Shown here in pieces: positions 46,895 through 56,261 of a stretch of DNA of 64,000 nucleotides (positions are counted from its first letter, which is position 1; each line of letters opens with the position of its first letter). Origin of the DNA: a virus; the IMG/VR virus record IMGVR_UViG_3300047494_000107, positions 32,001 through 96,000 of that record; one strand, written 5' to 3'. The notes beneath the pieces are model-generated. The model was not told the origin of the DNA and ran no database searches. It saw nothing but the letters and a program-made list of their open reading frames with translations. A program made the position numbers and the translations under genes.

Positions 46895-47689
46895 CTAGTG
46901 AGCAGCGTGTTGCTTTAGCAGCGCGACTTCGGCTTCGAGAGCTTTTATTCGTTGTTCCAGAATGTCGAAGTTATTCGACACAGCGATGATCGAGGCGCGA
47001 GGGTCAGACGCCCAGTTCTCTGGCGTAATCTTGTTCGGTGTGAGGTCTGCTGGTGTCAGTGTGACCGATCCACCGCCGTCGATTGACGTCACTGGCGGGT
47101 CTGCTACCCCCTCTACTACCAGTCCATTAGGGTATCCAGGCGGATACTTGATTGGCTCTTGATGATTAAGTGACTTAGCCTCAAGAGCAGCTGGTCCACG
47201 CGCAAGCGCATCCTGGTTCTGATATATCCACGTAGTCGTAGCTGCGGGTTCAGAGGACCAGATAAATGCGCTGGTGCCCCTGCTGACGAGAATACTAGAT
47301 GTACCGGTAACGACTACGGGGCTATCGGTAAAACGGTGTTCCAGAGTCGACGGAAATTCCGCTGCCGCCCGGAACGGGGCGGCCTCTGTCTCCCGCTTCT
47401 TCCGCTCTTCCTCGGCCTTATCCGCCGCATACATGGCGCCCAGTTCGCCGTTGATCTTCCAATCCTGGTCAACCTGCTGCGCTTGCGGCGACGGGTCTGC
47501 AGCCCAGTAACCTTCCAGGCAGTACCAATCCATACCCGTACACACCCAGTGCTGACCGGGGTGCTTGGCGATTTCCGCCTGCATTTCTTGCTCGGCCTTC
47601 GAAGGCGTCGTAAATGCGAGGTTGCTCGTCGTCTGCGCGTTCGCCGACAGAGGGAACATTAGTGCAGCGGCAAGCAGTACGTGCTTCAT
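46895..47689 (-). CDS. Exported hypothetical protein
   Basis: Signal peptide ..ANA|Q; C-terminal coiled coil. Confidence 0.65.
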   Translation of the reverse strand: MKHVLLAAALMFPLSANAQTTSNLAFTTPSKAEQEMQAEIAKHPGQHWVCTGMDWYCLEGYWAADPSPQAQQVDQDWKINGELGAMYAADKAEEERKKRETEAAPFRAAAEFPSTLEHRFTDSPVVVTGTSSILVSRGTSAFIWSSEPAATTTWIYQNQDALARGPAALEAKSLNHQEPIKYPPGYPNGLVVEGVADPPVTSIDGGGSVTLTPADLTPNKITPENWASDPRASIIAVSNNFDILEQRIKALEAEVALLKQHAAH

Positions 47690-47690
47690 C

Positions 47691-47993
47691 TCAGTCGACC
47701 TTCTTGAAACTTCCGCCGAGTATCTTCAGCACGTCCTCGTCGAACAGACAGCCGCGGTCATGGAGAACTTCGACGAGACGGCCGACGAGTTGATACGTGT
47801 TGTTTGCCGTTCCGAGCGCCATGTCAGCTACCGAGCCGGTATACTCGTCGTAACATTCCCGCTCTACAGCCTCTTTGATGGTATAGTTGTCAGGCGCCTT
47901 CTTATAGTCGTACAGGTAGTAGAGTTTCACAGGAACACGAACCCCAATGCGAGTGCCACATTCGGCAGAGAGCCGAACTGTATCCACTGCCAC
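47691..47993 (-). CDS. Hypothetical protein (start uncertain)
   Basis: Co-oriented, fills gap. Confidence 0.5.
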   Translation of the reverse strand: MAVDTVRLSAECGTRIGVRVPVKLYYLYDYKKAPDNYTIKEAVERECYDEYTGSVADMALGTANNTYQLVGRLVEVLHDRGCLFDEDVLKILGGSFKKVD

Positions 47994-48097
47994 TTCTGGA
48001 TACCCTCGGCGGCGCCGAACAGGCAGAACTCAGCCGCCAGGAACAACGCCGCTCCCAGCCACATCCGCCACTTCCTAGTCATCCTGAGCCCGCGCAT
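47927..48097 (-). CDS. Small two-TM membrane protein
   Basis: Two hydrophobic segments. Confidence 0.5.
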   Translation of the reverse strand: MRGLRMTRKWRMWLGAALFLAAEFCLFGAAEGIQKWQWIQFGSLPNVALALGFVFL

Positions 48098-48104
48098 GGC
48101 AGTG

Positions 48105-48566
48105 TCAGCGCGCGGCGGCGTAGAAGTCGGGCGACAGATCCAACTTCGTATTCGACGAAATGTCAAAGCCGTCGAGACGGTATGTGCGCGGCCCGAAGTG
48201 TATCAAGATTGTCCGCGAGCACTTGCTGGCGCCGAATGCGATAATCGCGCCGTAACCGTTGCTCAGAATACCGTTCGGGATTGACATAGGTGTCGTCGTC
48301 CAGTTCACGCAGTCGAGGCCGGTCACCGGATGGCCGCTCGTGTTCAGCACCATGATGAGCGGCGTCGCGCCAAGCGCCGACAGATCAATCCGGCTGATCG
48401 GGATGTCCGTAGTCACCGACTCTGAAGCGACCGGCTCTTGGTGCCACACGCCAAGACCATCTTGAACCCAGCCTGGAGGAGCCGACTGCGCCTTGGCCGT
48501 CACCGATCCGAACAAAAGTCCCGCGGCCAAGGCAGCGGAAGCCAGCGTCGCGATACGCACATTCAA
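48105..48566 (-). CDS. Exported hypothetical protein
   Basis: AAGGAG RBS; signal peptide ..AKA|Q; two Cys. Confidence 0.65.
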   Translation of the reverse strand: MNVRIATLASAALAAGLLFGSVTAKAQSAPPGWVQDGLGVWHQEPVASESVTTDIPISRIDLSALGATPLIMVLNTSGHPVTGLDCVNWTTTPMSIPNGILSNGYGAIIAFGASKCSRTILIHFGPRTYRLDGFDISSNTKLDLSPDFYAAAR

Positions 48567-48737
48567 CTCCTTCTACGGAGTAAAAACGAAGGAAGCTCGT
48601 CGCCTCTAGACCGCGGCCTACGAATGACCGGCGGGTTTTTAAAGCCAACGGCAGGCGCACTCCCTAAAGCGCTACCCCTGCTTTGGCGGCATACTCACGC
48701 GGGCTGATGCACCAGCTTGCGCGCCCCTAGCCGCATC

Positions 48738-49427
48738 TCACGGGGCTTCCGGCTTGAACATCTCCGTCATCATGTACCAGAGGTGCTCAGCCGGCACGCT
48801 CTCGACGGTCGGCCAGCCGTGCTTCTTGGTGGCGATACGGTGGAACTTCGCCGCCCCGTCCGGGATCTGGAACACCGCCGTCTTCAACTGCTCATGCGTG
48901 AAGATCGGGTGACCGCTGGCGTTGACGCCGACTGGGTCAGGGATCGTCGGCATCGGCGGCTCGACGATGACAGGCTGGGGAACCGGCGCAGGAGCCGGCA
49001 CAGGCGCCAATGGCACGACAGGCTGCAGCGTCACTGGCTGGCCGATCGGCGGCATAGGTGGCAGCGGCTTCGGCGCCTCGGTGCGGGTAGGAATCTGCAG
49101 CGGAGGCGTGAAGCCCGGCGAAGGCATATTGGTGGGCAAGAGGCCGGTGGTGGCAGCCGCCGCAAGGGTCTTGGCCTGCGCCGCGGCAATCGCGGCATTG
49201 TCGGCTTCGATCTGCGCCTTGGTGCGCTTAGCACGCTTGCCCGTGACGGCGTCAGTTTCGGCCGGTGTGCCGCCTTGATTGCCGGCAGGGGCGTCGTCCG
49301 ACTTAGCCTTGTCATCGCCGACGACATACTCGCCGCGCTCGATCGCGAGTCCGAGGTCGAACCAGCGCCGCAGCGCATCGGCGTCATAGTCGTCAGGCAG
49401 CGTAATTGTCTGCGAAATCTGGGCCAC
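48738..49427 (-). CDS. Proline-rich hypothetical protein
   Basis: AGGAGG RBS then GTG at 49427; KRTKAQIEAD motif. Confidence 0.7.
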   Translation of the reverse strand: MAQISQTITLPDDYDADALRRWFDLGLAIERGEYVVGDDKAKSDDAPAGNQGGTPAETDAVTGKRAKRTKAQIEADNAAIAAAQAKTLAAAATTGLLPTNMPSPGFTPPLQIPTRTEAPKPLPPMPPIGQPVTLQPVVPLAPVPAPAPVPQPVIVEPPMPTIPDPVGVNASGHPIFTHEQLKTAVFQIPDGAAKFHRIATKKHGWPTVESVPAEHLWYMMTEMFKPEAP

Positions 49428-49506
49428 GGAGCCTCCTGAGCGTAGGGTCAAGCGTGGGATTGATACAGCATGCCGGCTATCCGAAGTCAAGCAGCCTGTA
49501 TCAAGA

Positions 49507-50073
49507 TTAGCGTAGCCATTTGACCGCCGGATCGCCTTTGTAGCCGCGCTCAAAGATGAACCAGGCAAACGCCAATGCGCCGCCGGTCGTTCTCGGGTTG
49601 GGGTCGTCACCCCGCCATAGCGTCTGCCGACCGCAGAACTGCCAGATCCTGATCGGCGGATGCACGCTCCAGAGCGTGTCGTAGCGCTTACGGCCTTCGA
49701 GCCACCCAGACCTGGCAAAGAAGGCGATCTTCTCAGCGCCAAGGTTCAATGCGTGCAGAGCAAACTCGTCAATAAGGTTGAACGGCGGGTTCGTGATAAC
49801 GCTCCGAGCAAGCAGCCCGCCCGTCGACAAGAAGTCAACACCGGCTGTTCCGAATCCGCGGTCGACCAAATCCGTGCTGACGACCTGATAGCCGGCCTCC
49901 GTCATCGGAACGGCGATCGCACCGTCACCACACGCAGGCTCCCATACGTCGACAGTGAACTGCTCGACCCGCAACAGCGCGTCAATCGCCGACCTCGGTG
50001 TCCTGTAGAAATCTTGCGGTGAACGACCTGGATTACCGTCACGGCGTGTCTTTGCGAGTGTGGCTACGCTCAT
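49507..50073 (-). CDS. DNA N6-adenine methyltransferase
   Basis: DFY.TP; WEPACGDG; TNPPF. Confidence 0.85.
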   Translation of the reverse strand: MSVATLAKTRRDGNPGRSPQDFYRTPRSAIDALLRVEQFTVDVWEPACGDGAIAVPMTEAGYQVVSTDLVDRGFGTAGVDFLSTGGLLARSVITNPPFNLIDEFALHALNLGAEKIAFFARSGWLEGRKRYDTLWSVHPPIRIWQFCGRQTLWRGDDPNPRTTGGALAFAWFIFERGYKGDPAVKWLR

Positions 50074-50098
50074 GCCAGCCGCCCGAGGACAATGTCGC

Positions 50099-51433
50099 TC
50101 ACGTCGAATGCCCCAGCACTATCCCGCTCATCTGCGCCTTCTGCGCGATCAATCGGCTCGTCAGTTCGTCCAGCCAGCACCCCGACGCGAACAGAACCTC
50201 GACCAGCACAGGACGCTTCTGCCCGATGCGCGACATACGCTTCACCGCCTGCTCCATCGCCCGCGCTGTCCAAGGCTGCTCAACCATCACGCCGCGGTTC
50301 GCCCTTGTCAGCGTGATACCCGCGCCACCGGCCTGGATCTGCAACAACAAGACATCAAGCTGACCAGCCTGGAAGGCATCCTGGATCGGCTGCGACACAC
50401 CCGAGTTGCTGCCGTCGATGTACGCTACGCGCAGCTTCTTATCCGATAGTTGCGCGAACGCTGCGTCTTTGACGTCCCGGTGCAGATAGTAGACGACAAC
50501 CGGACCGGCACCACTCTTGACCAGATATTCCGTGTACACCGCCGCTTGCGACACCTTCGCCAGACCGAGGGCATGCCGGACGCGAGAGATGGCCGGGTCG
50601 TCAAGCGCATCAGCGACGATCCGCTCAACCTGCTCTTCCGTGAAGGCGCTGGCCAGCATCGCGCGGTGCAAGTCCGCCGTGATCTCGTCTAAAGACTCTT
50701 GCGAGACTTCGACGGGGTAGGTCGTCACCGTCAACGGCGGCAAGTTCAAGATGCCTCGGCGTGCCAACATGTGAGGCCGCAGAACCGCCCACAACTCTTC
50801 GCCGTTCTGCAGCACGCCGGATTTCGGCTCCATGGCGTGTGTGAAGCTGTTGCGCACCATCATGCAGTAGCGGTTGCAAAACGCATCGTAGGAGGGGAGC
50901 GCGCCGAGCCTTTTCGCCAGGGTACTCGACATGATCGGGTAGAGATCGGCAGCGCTGTTGACGATCGGAGTGCCTGTCAGCGGCCAGACGTAGCGGGCGT
51001 ACTGCCAAAGAGACTCAATGGCGCGGCCGAACAGAGCGACGGTGCGCCGTGCCGTGACTGACGTGTAATTGTCAGCCTCGTCACAGATGATCGCGTCCCA
51101 GGGTGAAGATTTGAGAAGGTTCAGATGAGAGTCGCGCTTCGCCATAGCGGCATGACTAGCGATGACGACGCCATGTGTGTGAACCGCGGTAACTAGGCCA
51201 TCAACGACGGTGACGGGACGGGGAATTTGCTGCCATTCGCGAAAGGTCCTGGCCCAGTGCTGCTTCACAACCGAAGGGCAGAGGACCAGGATGTGAAGAA
51301 GAGCGGCGAGATCACAGGCGAGAAGGACGCTCAGGGTCTTGCCAGCACCCGGCTCGTCAAACAGACAGCCGCCTTCATGCGAGGCTAAGAAATGGCCTGC
51401 CTCAATCTGATGAGGGTAGGGGTCTGGTCTCAC
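50099..51433 (-). CDS. SF2 (SNF2-like) helicase
   Basis: DEPGAGKT; DEAD; LTGTP; G.GITL; QA..R..RIGQ. Confidence 0.92.
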   Translation of the reverse strand: MRPDPYPHQIEAGHFLASHEGGCLFDEPGAGKTLSVLLACDLAALLHILVLCPSVVKQHWARTFREWQQIPRPVTVVDGLVTAVHTHGVVIASHAAMAKRDSHLNLLKSSPWDAIICDEADNYTSVTARRTVALFGRAIESLWQYARYVWPLTGTPIVNSAADLYPIMSSTLAKRLGALPSYDAFCNRYCMMVRNSFTHAMEPKSGVLQNGEELWAVLRPHMLARRGILNLPPLTVTTYPVEVSQESLDEITADLHRAMLASAFTEEQVERIVADALDDPAISRVRHALGLAKVSQAAVYTEYLVKSGAGPVVVYYLHRDVKDAAFAQLSDKKLRVAYIDGSNSGVSQPIQDAFQAGQLDVLLLQIQAGGAGITLTRANRGVMVEQPWTARAMEQAVKRMSRIGQKRPVLVEVLFASGCWLDELTSRLIAQKAQMSGIVLGHST

Positions 51434-51666
51434 TTACTATCAACCGGCTGGATTGACAGCGCCGAAAACTCAGATGCGTCAATCCCGTGTTCCACGGCTG
51501 CTTGCTTCGCGGCGTCAGCCAGCAAGTCCCAGTCTTCCGTAGAGAGGGGCCAGTGTATAGGAATCGTCGCCTCCGCAGAACAACGGGCTACACCCATCCC
51601 GAGAACGTTGTCCTTGTACGCGAACGCGACGCTCCAGACTTTGTGGCTCGGAGACCGGAACATCAC
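51430..51666 (-). CDS. Hypothetical protein
   Basis: Overlap-coupled. Confidence 0.5.
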   Translation of the reverse strand: MMFRSPSHKVWSVAFAYKDNVLGMGVARCSAEATIPIHWPLSTEDWDLLADAAKQAAVEHGIDASEFSALSIQPVDSK

Positions 51667-51902
51667 CCGCCCTCTTTCAGCAGTTCAGCCTTGGCAATCG
51701 ACACGGAGAAGTCGCAGCGCGTGCAACTGAACTCGACCATCCTGACTTCTGGCGCGTACCAATTGCCGCGTTCCTTGAAGCCGATGTCGTGCCCGAACAC
51801 CCAGCAAAATAGCCGTCGTATCGGGTTCGTCCCGCGTGTCGAATAGACAGCCTTAAAGGCGGCGAGTTCCGCGGTGGTCATCCCCAGAACCCTCCGAACC
51901 AC
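51663..51902 (-). CDS. Small protein with C..FGH..CxRC motif (DUF1660-like)
   Basis: LFCWVFGH..CTRC. Confidence 0.55.
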   Translation of the reverse strand: MVRRVLGMTTAELAAFKAVYSTRGTNPIRRLFCWVFGHDIGFKERGNWYAPEVRMVEFSCTRCDFSVSIAKAELLKEGG

Positions 51903-52045
51903 AGCACGATAGCCACGACGATAGTCTCCACCGGCACCGACGCGCCCTTCCAGTCATGCTTCGCGCAGACCCAGTCCCCGAGCGCATAGACGGCGCCCAA
52001 GTAGATCGCCATCGTCCATTGCGGCCAGTGCCAAGTCGTCACAGC

Positions 52046-52825
52046 TTACGCAGCCTCCCGTCGAAGCGCCGCGACGACGTCTTTCGGCTTCGTCCCTTCT
52101 ATCCACGCAATGAGCACCGGCAACTCAGCCACAGAGAAGCGATCACGCAGACAGGCGGCGTATTGCTGCGCTTCGGTCAATGCGATCATCCGATCTGTCT
52201 GCCGGTTCGCCTTGTGGGCTTCGATCTTAGCCTGCTCGTCACGGATACGCTGAAGCTGCAACGCAGGATCAGGGGCAGCCGCCGCACGCAACAACGCCGA
52301 TCGATTGTCGTCCAGGCCAGCCCCGCGCGCCGCAGCTTTTGCCTCGGCAGACAGCCCGTCGACCTTCGTAGCTCGATGAGCGTCGTTCTTACTCACGCCT
52401 ATCTCACGAGCTGCTCGACGAACGCCACTCTCTGGCCGACCAACAGGTAATTTCGTCCCAACTTGGGACGAAACCCTATCCGCCAGCCTGATCCACTCGG
52501 CTATATGCTCGTCCCGCTCAAGCGCCGTCAGATCAGCACGGTGAAGGTTCTCAGCGACTTCCCACATACGTGCTGTCGTCTCATCCTCAAAGAACACGCA
52601 ATCAATCAAAGGCCAGTCTAAACGCTTTGCCGCCTCTAGACGGTGAAGCCCGGCTACGAGAAACGGGTTATCGTCTGTGTCATTCGCGTACCGTACGGCG
52701 ATCGGCGACTGAAGGCCGAGGCTGCTCATGCTCTCCATCAGACGCAACACCGTCGTCTCGTCGAGGCGCGAACGCAGCCGATCACCAACGATGATCTCCT
52801 CTGGAGTGAGACGGTCTCGACGCAT
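52046..52825 (-). CDS. ParB N-terminal-domain protein with HTH
   Basis: L.ES...GL.SPI.V..LVAGLHRLEA; ENL.R.DL. Confidence 0.85.
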   Translation of the reverse strand: MRRDRLTPEEIIVGDRLRSRLDETTVLRLMESMSSLGLQSPIAVRYANDTDDNPFLVAGLHRLEAAKRLDWPLIDCVFFEDETTARMWEVAENLHRADLTALERDEHIAEWIRLADRVSSQVGTKLPVGRPESGVRRAAREIGVSKNDAHRATKVDGLSAEAKAAARGAGLDDNRSALLRAAAAPDPALQLQRIRDEQAKIEAHKANRQTDRMIALTEAQQYAACLRDRFSVAELPVLIAWIEGTKPKDVVAALRREAA

Positions 52826-53703
52826 CAGAGAACGTCGGGCAGCGACGTGGCCGACTTCCAAGTCAAGTCCATACGGACGCGATTCGACACCCACGTATTC
52901 CAGGCAATGGTGATTGCGGCCGCTATCTTCACGGCGCCATCTCGCGTGTTCTTCACCCTACGCAAATCGCCTCGCAGCGTCTCGCGCAGCTTGAGAAGCG
53001 GACTCGTCTTGTTCAGGTTCGCACCCGAGACAACCTTGTCCCAGAACTCTACCACCTTATCCTGATGTTTCGTGTTCTCACTTATCCAAACATACGCGAG
53101 CGCAAGCGACGTAGGCGAACCAAGGACGCGCCCTCTTTTTGCAACCAGTAGCGCGTCCCGAGTTGTAGGAGTGTTCATCTTCTTGGCTTGCGCGAGGATA
53201 GTCTGGGAGTCCATCGGCTCCCGGTAATCCTGCAGATACAGTGCCGTCGCAGCAAGTGAAGCGCGAGTTCTGGCGTTGTCCATGCCGTCAATCGCAACGA
53301 GATCGGCGCCTCCGCGCTTCGTGCCGCAGTCAAGTATCTCAAACTCGTCGTCTTCGGTGCCGAACCACACGGTGAACGGGAGCGTCGTGTCAGCCGCCAC
53401 AAGTGCCATCAGACGGTGCTGGCCATCAGTTAAGACACCAGACTTCGCGAACGCGATGGCTTCCGTCGACAGGCGCCAGCGACCCTTGACCATGATCTTG
53501 CGAAAACGCTCAACAGCCCTAGCGGTGACAGGCCGGTTTTTGGTATTCCGCTCCAGCATCGTCATCGCGATGGCGGGAGTGATGTCGATGATCTCGACAA
53601 ACCGCTCAACACGACCGCGCGTGAACTGACGTGTCAGCCACTGGTCGGCATTGATCGGAGACTTGACGCTCACGGATTTCCCGAGAGCCAGAGGCTTAGT
53701 CAT
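52825..53703 (-). CDS. ParB/Srx-fold protein with DGQHR motif
   Basis: NRP..M..G.W..IAF...G.L.DGQHRL.A. Confidence 0.75.
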   Translation of the reverse strand: MTKPLALGKSVSVKSPINADQWLTRQFTRGRVERFVEIIDITPAIAMTMLERNTKNRPVTARAVERFRKIMVKGRWRLSTEAIAFAKSGVLTDGQHRLMALVAADTTLPFTVWFGTEDDEFEILDCGTKRGGADLVAIDGMDNARTRASLAATALYLQDYREPMDSQTILAQAKKMNTPTTRDALLVAKRGRVLGSPTSLALAYVWISENTKHQDKVVEFWDKVVSGANLNKTSPLLKLRETLRGDLRRVKNTRDGAVKIAAAITIAWNTWVSNRVRMDLTWKSATSLPDVL

Positions 53704-53900
53704 GCTTTCACCTTTCCCGTACTCGCCAACGCTTCAGCGCGGCACTCGTCCAAGACCGCCGCCAGCTGCTTGCGCCACATAACGCCGACCGTGCCTGCCG
53801 GCTCGTAGTCGTAAATGAACGTCGACAAAGACGTTGGATGCGGCGTTTCGGACGCTTCCTCGCATTGCCCCCAGGTCGGAAGCACGACAGGCTTTTTCAC
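53700..53900 (-). CDS. Hypothetical protein
   Basis: Overlap-coupled; L..FIYD.EP. Confidence 0.55.
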   Translation of the reverse strand: MKKPVVLPTWGQCEEASETPHPTSLSTFIYDYEPAGTVGVMWRKQLAAVLDECRAEALASTGKVKA

Positions 53901-54595
53901 GGCTCAGGGACTTCAAGACTGTCAGGCGACGGCTCCAGACCGTCAATGACGGTTAGTGGGTCGACATGCCGCAAAAGACCGGTAATGACCTTCGCTTTGC
54001 CGTCTTCACCCGCGCAAGAAAGCGAGGAGTCGTACACGCCTTGTATGAGTCGGGCGATGACCTTCCCCAGATCTTCGGGGCTGATGTCATAGCCTCGCTT
54101 GAGGAACTTCTGCACGCGAAGAATGCTGCCGCCCGCGTCCTCGTTCCGCTTCGGTTGCGTGTAGACGAGGCGCTTAGCGGCGAGATCCTGGTAGAACTCC
54201 GCTGCGATCGCCGACTTCCACGCGCCATCCTCCCACCACACGCACGCCATGGCGACAGTGAAGTCAAAGCTCTCCAGCAGTTCTTGCGGTGTGCTGTAGA
54301 CCCACCGATGAATGAACTGGACCGGCACGCGCCCCGGCGTCAGCACCGTGTAGGCGTTCCGAGTCCTGAACGTCTTGGTGCCTTCACCACGTGTCCCCCT
54401 CAACTCGGTCGCCAACTCCTGGGCCTTGACCGGATCATCGGTGAACAAGTCGATGTCGTTTTGAACTTCGCCGGTTATACTGGAACGGATATAGCCCCCG
54501 CCCAGAATAGCGCCGCTCTTGCGCATCAACTCAAAGACGTCGCGGGGCATATGGCCGATCAAACGGCGCATATCCTGATAGTTCAACTCTTGCAT
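53897..54595 (-). CDS. Pol-beta-superfamily nucleotidyltransferase (CCA/poly(A) polymerase head-like)
   Basis: GGG.IR..NDIDLF; FDFTV; R..K...RGY. Confidence 0.7.
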   Translation of the reverse strand: MQELNYQDMRRLIGHMPRDVFELMRKSGAILGGGYIRSSITGEVQNDIDLFTDDPVKAQELATELRGTRGEGTKTFRTRNAYTVLTPGRVPVQFIHRWVYSTPQELLESFDFTVAMACVWWEDGAWKSAIAAEFYQDLAAKRLVYTQPKRNEDAGGSILRVQKFLKRGYDISPEDLGKVIARLIQGVYDSSLSCAGEDGKAKVITGLLRHVDPLTVIDGLEPSPDSLEVPEP

Positions 54596-54603
54596 GGAAT
54601 TTC

Positions 54604-55104
54604 CTACGTTGGGACAGGCACGCCGCTCTCGCGGCACCACAGCAGCACGGCCATCAACAAGGCGTCAGCTACGTTATGGTCTTTGACACGGCTGAACGAC
54701 GCCACGCTTCCAGGGAACAACCGCGCGCAGACCTGACGCGACATCTCCTTGCCTGGCTGCATTTTGAACGCCTTGCGCCACGTAACCGGCGCGATCCGCT
54801 TCACACTCATCCGGCGCCCCAGCATGATGCCTTCGAGCAGCCCCGCCGCATTCGCGAACCGCGCCGCCGACGCCACGCCTTCACCTGGACGCGACGATAC
54901 GATCTCGACGGCGCCGACGGTCGGACCATACTTGTCCAGGTTCGCCATGATCGTCGCCACGTCAGGGTCGCTCCGCTTCTTGCCGTCCCCACGTGTCCGA
55001 GAGACGCCTAGATCTGTATCAAGAAAAGGTGCGTAGTCCGGACCCGCATAGATCGCCATGCTCGGACTGACGCCCGGATCAAAGGCGCAGACGACCAGAG
55101 GCAT
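54604..55104 (-). CDS. RuvC-like Holliday junction resolvase
   Basis: DPG; VE.V; P..WRK; K..SR; D..ADA. Confidence 0.85.
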   Translation of the reverse strand: MPLVVCAFDPGVSPSMAIYAGPDYAPFLDTDLGVSRTRGDGKKRSDPDVATIMANLDKYGPTVGAVEIVSSRPGEGVASAARFANAAGLLEGIMLGRRMSVKRIAPVTWRKAFKMQPGKEMSRQVCARLFPGSVASFSRVKDHNVADALLMAVLLWCRESGVPVPT

Positions 55105-55496
55105 CAGAAGCCAAGTGCGCGCCTGTACACGTCGAGCAGGGTGTCCTGCTCCTCCAACTTAGCCTGGTCCATCGCCCGCAGCTTGATGATCTGGCGGATA
55201 GTTGCGACATCAAACCCAGCCGACTGAGCTTCTTGGCCGATCTCCTTGATGTCCTCGGACAGCGCCTTCTGCTCTTCTTTCAGCCGCTCGATCCGCTCGA
55301 CGATGCTCCGAAGCCGTCGCGCCGCATCCGCTTCGGAAATATCGGCCGCCTTCGTTTTCTTTTTACCCTTCTTCGTCTCACCGGAGTTATGGCCGATGCC
55401 AGCAATCTGATCCTCAACCGCGGCAATCTCATCCGCATTGATGACGTAGGCGGTAGGAGGAGCCGGCGGCGACAGCGTTGTCGACATCTGTGTCAA
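55104..55496 (-). CDS. gapR: GapR/DUF2312-family DNA-binding protein
   Basis: LRSIVERIERL.EE.KAL..DIKE...EA...GFD....RQII.LR..LL..Y..ALG. Confidence 0.88.
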   Translation of the reverse strand: MTQMSTTLSPPAPPTAYVINADEIAAVEDQIAGIGHNSGETKKGKKKTKAADISEADAARRLRSIVERIERLKEEQKALSEDIKEIGQEAQSAGFDVATIRQIIKLRAMDQAKLEEQDTLLDVYRRALGF

Positions 55497-55732
55497 TTCC
55501 CTGTCTTTTGTTGCGCGACGAACCGCTTCTTCGCCTCGTCGAAATCAGCCGGGGTCACCACGCCGCCCGTCAATTCCTGGATGCGCGCGGCATGCTTGGC
55601 GGTCGGTATCCGCCGACCCGTCGACCAATGATTCACACACGCCACGGTCACGCCGCATTCACCTGCGAGCCATGTTCGGGAGCGCCCTGTCTCAGCGAAC
55701 CAATCCATCAAGTTCATCGCGGCCCTTGCCAT
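55493..55732 (-). CDS. Cro-like HTH regulator
   Basis: LA...GV....V..W..G.R.P....A.RI..LT.G.VT..DF. Confidence 0.85.
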   Translation of the reverse strand: MARAAMNLMDWFAETGRSRTWLAGECGVTVACVNHWSTGRRIPTAKHAARIQELTGGVVTPADFDEAKKRFVAQQKTGN

Positions 55733-55739
55733 ACCCTGA

Positions 55740-55812
55740 GCCTTGATACATAAATGTCTTGATACACCGCGTCAACCAGGAACATCGCCGCTTGGCTTCT
55801 GCTGTATCAAAA
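55740..55812. promoter_or_regulatory. Divergent early control region with operator repeats
   Basis: CTTGATACA at 55742 and 55758, TGTATCAAA at 55803; minus-strand TTGACG. Confidence 0.65.
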
Positions 55813-55930
55813 CCTCCTGATCCGCCGCCAAACTTCGTCAACACACTGATATTGCAGGTCGATCGACGAGCACCCTGGTCAGCCCCGCCACCAACATGCT
55901 AGGCCGAGCCATCTTGACACAGAGGCATAT

Positions 55931-56125
55931 GTGAACACCGAATACGAAGACCTTGAAGGGACCTGTATCGTGGCGACCACTCGGGCGCTGCGAATCGCCT
56001 TCGACGGCGTAGCCGATCCAGTCTGGGCGCCGCGGTCAGTAGTCGAGGACGGCGAGGACAAGGTGAAGAGTGACGAAGACTTTCGAGTCGCGCGCTGGTT
56101 CGCCCTCCAGGAAGGTCTCATATGA
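55931..56125 (+). CDS. Small hypothetical protein
   Basis: GAGG RBS; T..A....F....VW.P.S. Confidence 0.6.
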   Translation: MNTEYEDLEGTCIVATTRALRIAFDGVADPVWAPRSVVEDGEDKVKSDEDFRVARWFALQEGLI

Positions 56126-56261
56126 GCGACGTGCCGCTTCACAAGACGGAAACCGTTTTTGACCGCGACTACGTCGTCGGGTACCGGCTGCGGGTCGAAA
56201 GCGGCTGGATCTACGTGTTTCGCGAACCCGAAGCTACTGTCTTCGTCCCTGACAAGCCGCC

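Noticed and set aside
48695-48720. Hammerhead ribozyme core
   Set aside because: CTGATGC rather than CTGATGA, and no matching GAAA arm
43963-50073. Two methyltransferases as restriction-modification systems
   Set aside because: No adjacent endonuclease; orphan MTases are routine in phages
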